Shown here piece by piece: positions 58,281-64,000 of a stretch of 64,000 nt of DNA. A model generated the notes under the pieces. It was not told the origin of the DNA and made no database searches. It saw only the letters and a list, made by a program, of their open reading frames with translations. Both the position numbers and the translations under genes were made by a program. Each line of letters opens with the position of its first letter. Position 1 is the stretch's first letter. Origin of the DNA: a virus; IMG/VR virus record IMGVR_UViG_3300045988_180522. The stretch is one strand, 5' to 3'.

Positions 58281-59062
58281 GCAAGGAATTTCTGACTGTC
58301 AGGGATGCTTCCAATAAACTGGGACTTCCGGGCAGTACAAACACATATACCTTTATAACAAAAGGAGCAGCTATTACTGCCGGAGCGGATCCTGATCTTC
58401 TCACCGGATACGGATATAATGATTTTCCTGTGGATGATGATATTCAGATAGGATCGACTCTCCTTCTCAGGTATGATGGTCCTACAAATACTTTTACTCA
58501 GGGAGCTATAGGTGCCACAAAAAAAGGTACTATTACAGCAGGGAGTCTGGGAGCAACATTTGCTGTGAATGCAGGATATAACATAGATAAAATTACTACT
58601 GATGATATTAGTAAGACTTGGTCTACTTTCAGACTGTTTTTTCGAGGTCAGATAACAGGCCCTTCTGATATCAGCTTGCCTAATTTTTATCCGATGTGCT
58701 CTATCTTAGCATATTATGGTGGTACTGACAGAACTTGTGGTATAAATGTCATTAGAAAGAGTGACGGAACATGGTGGGTTACATTCAGAGTAATAAACGA
58801 TTCAACTGCTACCGCATACCTGACTATAGACCTGTTTCAACTTCCTAGTGCCACACAAGGATTTACTGCTATAGTAGATTTAAAAAGTGATGGTAATATA
58901 TATCATAATTCATCCTATTCAGATAATAGTGCAGGAGTAGTATATAATACAAACGGATCTATAACAAATATGAAAAATCAGCAAGTTATATTAGGAGGAT
59001 GGAGTTTTTCCAATCCGGCGATGATAGTAAATGAGTTTAAAATAGAAACATTTGATAAGTAA
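58277..59062 (+). CDS. Tail fibre-associated protein (261 aa; start moved to the ATG overlapping the upstream stop)
   Basis: Forms an ATGA overlap at 58277-58280. The sequence is beta-rich and Thr/Gly-rich. Confidence 0.5.
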   Translation: MSKEFLTVRDASNKLGLPGSTNTYTFITKGAAITAGADPDLLTGYGYNDFPVDDDIQIGSTLLLRYDGPTNTFTQGAIGATKKGTITAGSLGATFAVNAGYNIDKITTDDISKTWSTFRLFFRGQITGPSDISLPNFYPMCSILAYYGGTDRTCGINVIRKSDGTWWVTFRVINDSTATAYLTIDLFQLPSATQGFTAIVDLKSDGNIYHNSSYSDNSAGVVYNTNGSITNMKNQQVILGGWSFSNPAMIVNEFKIETFDK

Positions 59063-59396
59063 TGGCAGAATTTATTACAGAAGCTAATTTAAATAGTTTG
59101 TTTACCAAAACAGCTCCTACAAAAGCAGATACTATTCAGGGGGGGGGATGTTGATACAGTCAGGACTTAGTAACTTTAATACTGGTAATATGACTGCAGT
59201 AGTATCTTTTCCGAAAACATTTCCTACCAAGTGCTGTATGGTACAACTTACTCCTAACAACTATTACGGCCACTGGGCCAAAGGAGATGTTCTAACTATC
59301 AAATCTTTCTCAAATTCCTCACTTACAGTGGAATTAGTAGGAACTGCTCCGGTAAGTAACAGAAATGAGTTTTTCTGGCTGGCAATAGGATATTAA
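59062..59396 (+). pseudogene. MAEFIT-family gp53-like gene interrupted by a G9 homopolymer (two ORFs, 59062-59154 and 59148-59396)
   Basis: MAEFITEANLNSLFTKTAPTKADTIQGGGC* ends 2 codons after a G9 run (59139-59147). The downstream ORF MLIQSGLSNFNTGNMTAVVSFPKTF... is in the -1 frame. G10 or G7 would fuse them into a ~112-aa protein colinear with the intact paralog at 39093-39425. Confidence 0.55.
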
Positions 59397-59424
59397 CAGC
59401 TTAAACACTTTAAATCAGATAGCT

Positions 59425-59838
59425 ATGACAATGACAGGAATTGACTTTAAAATGCGGAGAGGCCTTATATGGCTCTCAGAAAATGGTAAGGATATCAGGG
59501 AATCCGTTGAAGAGATCCTTACTGAGGCAAAATCTGCGAATGCTGAACTTACGCAGATCACAGGATCTTTGGCATCTGTAGGAGCAGATGTGGCAGAAAT
59601 TGCCAGTACTGCCACTGATACCAAGGATAATACAGACACCATGAAGGCTTCACTGACTTCACTGGATACTAAGGCTGAGCAGACCAATACGAAACTGGAT
59701 ACTGTTATTTCAAAACTTGATACCTTGAATACCAGTATCACATCCCTGGCTGCCAAAATAGAAGCTGTTACTTCTGCTGTAAATACTCAGGGGGCAGCTA
59801 TTGTGTCTGCTATACAGAGTACAGGAGGGGGAGCGTAG
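59425..59838 (+). CDS. Coiled-coil protein (137 aa)
   Basis: Ala/Thr/Ser-rich heptads. Confidence 0.45.
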   Translation: MTMTGIDFKMRRGLIWLSENGKDIRESVEEILTEAKSANAELTQITGSLASVGADVAEIASTATDTKDNTDTMKASLTSLDTKAEQTNTKLDTVISKLDTLNTSITSLAAKIEAVTSAVNTQGAAIVSAIQSTGGGA

Positions 59839-59914
59839 GACATAAAATCTGTTTAGATTTATTTGTTATATCTGTGTAATGTATTATATTTGTCATAATA
59901 AATAAATGTGATAT

Positions 59915-60532
59915 ATGTCTGTCAGCTCTAAAATACTGGTAATATTTCTGGTTCTTACAGGACTTATAGCTGTTATAGCTGTCAAGGATCATAAGATAAA
60001 GAAATTATCAGATGCTGTTTCGAGGCAGGAGGTTAACCTGAAGGCTTATGATTCAGAGAACAGTTTACTGAAATCTGAGAACAGGGCTTTCAAATATACT
60101 ATACAGGAGTATAAATACAGACATGATTCTGTTCTGTTTAAGCTTCGTCAGATCCAGGAGGAGCTGGGAATAAAGGATTCGAAGCTTAAACAGGTTCAGT
60201 ACTTGCTGACACAGTCTGCACGTATTGATACTGTTTTTATGGCAGATACAATATTTAGTGATAGTTTCGTCGAAGCTGACACTGTGATAGGTGATAAGTG
60301 GTTTTCTGTAAGATTAGGATTACATTATCCTAATCTTATTTCAGTATCCCCTTCATTTGTAAGTGAACTGAGTATATTTACAAGTGCCAGAAAAGAGACT
60401 ATTAATAAAAGGAAGAAGTTTTTCCTATGGAGATTATTTCAGAAAAAACATACTGTTCTCATCACAGATATATATGACAGTAATCCATATTCCTCTGTTA
60501 AGAAAAGTAAGTTTATAGAAATAGTTGACTAA
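59915..60532 (+). CDS. N-terminally membrane-anchored coiled-coil protein (205 aa), spanin-like candidate
   Basis: TM helix ILVIFLVLTGLIAVIAV followed by coiled coil. Confidence 0.4.
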   Translation: MSVSSKILVIFLVLTGLIAVIAVKDHKIKKLSDAVSRQEVNLKAYDSENSLLKSENRAFKYTIQEYKYRHDSVLFKLRQIQEELGIKDSKLKQVQYLLTQSARIDTVFMADTIFSDSFVEADTVIGDKWFSVRLGLHYPNLISVSPSFVSELSIFTSARKETINKRKKFFLWRLFQKKHTVLITDIYDSNPYSSVKKSKFIEIVD

Positions 60533-60537
60533 CCTGT

Positions 60538-60984
60538 ATGTGTACAAGAAAAGAATTATATCAGATAATGGTTATGGAAACTGAAGTTACTTTAGCTCTC
60601 ATAGGATTTGCTACTTCTATCACCTCAGGAATTATTTCCTACAGGGCAGGGAAGGGGTCCAGGAGACGGGATAATGCAGAGGCATCGGCGGCTGAATATG
60701 AGTCCCTGAATAAAATGAGGGAATTCTATACTCAGACACTTGAAGCCGTAAATTCCCGTATGGAAGAACTGAGTGCCCATGACAAGAACAGCCGTAAGAA
60801 GAAATATATTCTCAGGTCTATTATAGACTGGCTGTCAGGAATTGCTTGTAAGGACACCCACTGTGATAAGAGAGTTTCCCTGTCACAGACTGAGATCGAT
60901 GCTATTACTAATGAATCCAGTATAGTAGAATTTAATATCAAACAGGATGGAGATAAAAGTAGAGAGGACATTTCTGGGCAGTGA
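60538..60984 (+). CDS. N-terminally membrane-anchored protein (148 aa), lysis-module candidate
   Basis: TM helix TLALIGFATSITSGIISY. Confidence 0.4.
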   Translation: MCTRKELYQIMVMETEVTLALIGFATSITSGIISYRAGKGSRRRDNAEASAAEYESLNKMREFYTQTLEAVNSRMEELSAHDKNSRKKKYILRSIIDWLSGIACKDTHCDKRVSLSQTEIDAITNESSIVEFNIKQDGDKSREDISGQ

Positions 60985-61360
60985 TTACACTGTAGGGAAA
61001 ATGTATATTGACGGTGAATATTTCAGTGATACCCTGGAGGATACTGTACGTGACCTTACAAAGGAAAAGAAAGTATATGGTAAGACGGCTATTCCTGCCG
61101 GAAGGTATGAGGTAATACTCAATTATTCCCCAAAGTTTAAGAAAGAGTTGCCGAGGCTCCTTAATGTCCCTCATTTCGACGGGATTCTTATTCACAGCGG
61201 TGTCACCCCTGAGCATACTGAAGGGTGTATCCTTATAGGTGAAAACAAGGTAAAAGGACAGGTTCTTAATGGCAGGTATTATCAGCAGGTTCTGGTAGAC
61301 AGGTTTGCCAAAGAGAGACAGGAAGGCAAGAAATCATATATCACTATTACAAATGGGTAA
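60947..61360 (+). CDS. Putative cell-wall-acting enzyme with His...Cys (YkuD-like) motif, 137 aa (alternative start at 61001)
   Basis: FDGILIHSGVTPEHTEGCILIG places a His upstream of a Gly-Cys pair, as in L,D-transpeptidase-fold catalytic sites. It follows two membrane proteins. Confidence 0.3.
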   Translation: MEIKVERTFLGSDYTVGKMYIDGEYFSDTLEDTVRDLTKEKKVYGKTAIPAGRYEVILNYSPKFKKELPRLLNVPHFDGILIHSGVTPEHTEGCILIGENKVKGQVLNGRYYQQVLVDRFAKERQEGKKSYITITNG

Positions 61361-61522
61361 TACAATAATTGTCAGATGCAGCTGGCATTACCAGCCTTTC
61401 ATATCAGAAGTAAGATTACGTGAATTAGCTGGCCTTGAATATCTATGGTAAAAGTATTATATGTAAAAGCTGCCGGATGCAGGAGAAGGGTCCCTCCTGT
61501 CCATACCTGTAAGATAAGGTAG

Positions 61523-61550
61523 CCACCCAGGGCCAGGAGAGTGGATTTTT
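61523..61550 (+). terminator. Weak intrinsic terminator candidate
   Basis: Imperfect CCACCCAGGGCCAGGAGAGTGG stem followed by ATTTTT. A second hairpin, CAGGAG-AAGGGTCC-CTCCTG, lies just upstream. Confidence 0.3.
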
Positions 61551-61670
61551 AGAAGAAATTGTTTAATTTAAAATTGAAATATTATGGGAAGACCATCAAC
61601 ACCAAAAGGAAAAGCCGGATATACTCCTAAAGGAAGAAATGCCGGAAAGAAAAAGAAAGAAAAGTGATAT

Positions 61671-62084
61671 ATGGATAAGGTGATGTTATACAAACTGGAG
61701 CTTATTTGTGTAAAGATAACTCCTATCCTTGTTTCTGCATTATATCTTCTGAATATCATCATGGATTATTGTGATCTTCGTAGTGATATATTAGATTATA
61801 TAGCAGGAACATCACTTCTCGCCACTATTCCTATGTATGTATCATCCTATGCCTTCAGATTCTGTAAGTATCATAGGATGTTCATACATTATATAGTGGT
61901 AAATAATATTATCACTATGATAGATGATTTAGTCTATATTCCTGTTTCTGATGCTGCTATGTTCAGTTTATTTCTTATAGTGGCTGGTATATTCATGTAT
62001 TTGGTATTATATTATCATATGAAATATGGCGATCGAAAAGTTTCTTTCCCTTCTTGCTACACATCTAAGAAATGTGGCAGATAA
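61671..62084 (+). CDS. Multi-pass membrane protein (137 aa), holin-like candidate
   Basis: Three or four hydrophobic helices. Confidence 0.4.
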   Translation: MDKVMLYKLELICVKITPILVSALYLLNIIMDYCDLRSDILDYIAGTSLLATIPMYVSSYAFRFCKYHRMFIHYIVVNNIITMIDDLVYIPVSDAAMFSLFLIVAGIFMYLVLYYHMKYGDRKVSFPSCYTSKKCGR

Positions 62085-62106
62085 TATTGAAGCAGGAAAT
62101 TCAAAT

Positions 62107-62370
62107 ATGTCTGAGGAAGAAGCTGTTTCCTTACTTGAGAATATACGCCGGGTTACTGACAGGGAAGAGATCATGAGTAAATATGAGGCATGCAGGTATC
62201 TGAATGTGGGCAGGAGTACATTTGATGGCTATGTAAGATCCGGTGAATTGCCGAGAGGTGTCAGGAAGCCGGGTTTTAAGAATATATTATTCCTGAAGAA
62301 AGACCTTGATCTTTTTATAAAGAAGAAAAGGGAAAAACATAATAAAAAAGACAGTAGCATCTGTTTATGA
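62107..62370 (+). CDS. Excisionase/AlpA-family helix-turn-helix DNA-binding protein (87 aa from the internal Met)
   Basis: YLNVGRSTFDGYVRSGELPRGVRKPGFKNILF matches the Xis/AlpA-type HTH_17 pattern. Confidence 0.5.
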   Translation: MSEEEAVSLLENIRRVTDREEIMSKYEACRYLNVGRSTFDGYVRSGELPRGVRKPGFKNILFLKKDLDLFIKKKREKHNKKDSSICL

Positions 62371-62617
62371 CGCAGAATTTTTACTATTTTTGCTATGTAA
62401 ACAGTAAGAGAGAGAGTGCTCTGCCTGTGGTGAGGACAGAAGTAGTCTGGCCGGGTAACCATATAGATCATAAGTAGTAACCATTTTTTCTGCATTAGGG
62501 TTGACTATTTTGATTTCCTGAGATCAGTTTTATTTCTCTTCTTTCCGTAAAGCAGAGCACATAACATAAGCAGACAGCCATTTTTACTGACCATAATTGT
62601 ATATTAGATTGTTGGAG

Positions 62618-62650
62618 GAGTCCGGTAAAAACCGGACTCTATTCTTTTTA
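62618..62650 (+). terminator. Intrinsic terminator
   Basis: GAGTCCGGT-AAAAA-CCGGACTC forms a 9-bp stem followed by TATTCTTTTTA. Confidence 0.65.
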
Positions 62651-62801
62651 TATACCCGGCATCAAGACACCATCGTAACTTCCTCATTATTAAACTCCTT
62701 CTCCTGGCCCTGGCAATGTTATGTTCAGAAAGTTCCCTGTAGTACATTTGGGTATAGATAGCTATCTGATATAACATTTAATCCTAAAAATTTATCCTGT
62801 T

Positions 62802-63638
62802 ATGGAAATTATTGAAAAAGAAAAAGTAAAAGAAGTTCCTGCTGACTACTTCTGTGATAAGTATGGCCGCAGGGAAGACGACTATTATTATGGTCGCAGG
62901 AATGTCAATGGTAAAGCCAATGCGGCATTATCATTAGGCATCGTAGGTACTGTTCTCGGCGGACTGGCCTTATGGGGAAGGAACAGAGTAGGTGCCGGAG
63001 TATTCGGTGGGTCATCAGTTCCTGCAAATGTAAATATCAACGGAGTTGATGCCATGAATGGGTACAGCACTACAGGAACCAGATGTTCAGGTCCGAATGC
63101 CTGGGAAGCATGGCAGAAAGGATGCGAGGACACCCTGGCTTTACAGAAAGGATTATATGACTGGGCCCTGGTACAGCAAAATCAAAGGTTCCAGGACAGG
63201 CAGACACTGGATTCAGAGTTTTTCAGCCTTTACAAATCACAGGTAGATGCTGACTTCGGATTGTACAAATCCACCCGTGACGGATTTGACATCCTCAATA
63301 ACAAGCAGATTGATATTGCATTCAATCTGTACAAGAATTCCCGTGACCAGTATGATGATCTGGCCAAACAGATCTCAGATCTCAGGGCCCATGTTGCTGT
63401 AACCGATGCAGTACGTCCTTATCAGGACAAGCTCCTGCAATGCGAAATTAACAGTGCCAAAACACTGGGAGCCTTCGAGGATGAAAGGATTATCAACCTG
63501 ATTTACAGGCTTGACTGTCGTAACATTAAGGGTATCAACTGTTTGCCTACTGAACCTACAGTTACTGGATTACCTTCCAATAATCCCTGCTGCTGCCAGA
63601 GACAGACTACCACTACCCCTGCCCCGTCAGCAGAATAA
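62802..63638 (+). CDS. Hypothetical membrane-associated protein (278 aa)
   Basis: One TM segment (ALSLGIVGTVLGGLALW) and a Cys-rich C-terminus (NNPCCCQRQ). Confidence 0.5.
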   Translation: MEIIEKEKVKEVPADYFCDKYGRREDDYYYGRRNVNGKANAALSLGIVGTVLGGLALWGRNRVGAGVFGGSSVPANVNINGVDAMNGYSTTGTRCSGPNAWEAWQKGCEDTLALQKGLYDWALVQQNQRFQDRQTLDSEFFSLYKSQVDADFGLYKSTRDGFDILNNKQIDIAFNLYKNSRDQYDDLAKQISDLRAHVAVTDAVRPYQDKLLQCEINSAKTLGAFEDERIINLIYRLDCRNIKGINCLPTEPTVTGLPSNNPCCCQRQTTTTPAPSAE

Positions 63639-63698
63639 CAGACAAAACAAAACAGGGGACTCCGGGTCCCCTGATTTAACACTTAAACATTAAAAGAT

Positions 63699-64000
63699 AT
63701 GATCCCACAACCTACAAATAACATATTTCTCGGAGGAGATCCTCTTCTCAACACTTCGTCACTGGATGCTCAGATCAGTGCTCTCAAGGATCTTGCACAA
63801 AGATATGAAGCTGCCAGACAACAGATGCCACAATCCACTCTCCAGGCCCCTCCTCAGCAACAGGTAAAGCAGAGATTATTATGGGACGAGATAGATTCTG
63901 AAATCAGCCCTATGACTGATGAGCAGAAATCAAGACTGTTCAATGATGAGGACTATGCCACCAATTACAATATTCTACAGTCTATGGTACAAACCGAACT
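63699..64000 (+). CDS. Hypothetical protein, 5' part only (runs off the window end)
   Basis: ATG at 63699 opens a frame that remains open to nt 64000 (MIPQPTNNIFLGGDPLL...). Confidence 0.35.
   Translation, partial: MIPQPTNNIFLGGDPLLNTSSLDAQISALKDLAQRYEAARQQMPQSTLQAPPQQQVKQRLLWDEIDSEISPMTDEQKSRLFNDEDYATNYNILQSMVQTE

Noticed and set aside
1-64000. Alternative genetic code (TAG or TGA reassignment), as in some crAss-like lineages
   Set aside because: Long uninterrupted ORFs of 1.2 to 4 kb are obtained under the standard code on both strands, and the conserved proteins (GroEL, PolA, helicases) align without in-frame stops.
1-64000. CRISPR array, integrase or attachment site, reverse transcriptase or DGR
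   Set aside because: No regularly spaced direct repeats with unique spacers were seen. There is no tyrosine or serine recombinase motif, and no RT YxDD motif. The only recombination-like proteins are homing endonucleases and an Xis-like HTH.

Overview
This 64-kb window looks like a contiguous piece of a large tailed dsDNA phage genome with about 37% GC and AGG/AGA/ATA-rich codon usage, consistent with a Bacteroidota host. Gene order and content resemble crAss-like (Crassvirales-type) phages. This is inferred from gene order and motifs alone, without a database search.

The window divides into four parts:
- **1-7481 (+ strand):** the 3' part of a giant virion RNA-polymerase-like gene (DFDVD catalytic-type motif) followed by a 1331-aa virion protein.
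- **7514-37629 (- strand):** roughly 45 densely packed, often ATGA-coupled early and replication genes. They include a family-A DNA polymerase fragmented by three homing-endonuclease-bearing intervening sequences, DnaB-like and SF2 helicases, a primase-like protein, a P-loop ATPase, UDG, two PD-(D/E)xK nucleases, a radical SAM enzyme, a membrane retropepsin-like protease, and a complete ubiquitin-like conjugation operon (Ubl-fusion, E2-like, JAB, E1-like). Two internally paralogous gene families are also present.
- **37630-40225 (strand-switch region):** a 2.6-kb region with a G/C-tract plus A-tract tandem array, 21-bp-phased iteron-like repeats, twin 12-bp perfect palindromes, an intrinsic terminator and two small genes.
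- **40226-64000 (+ strand):** a late block with GroEL-like and GroES-like chaperonins, a tRNA-Arg(CCU), terminase large subunit, portal, collagen-like tail fibres (one ending in an S74-type intramolecular chaperone), a poly-G-interrupted fibre-associated gene and a lysis-like module.

No integrase, CRISPR array or reverse transcriptase was seen.
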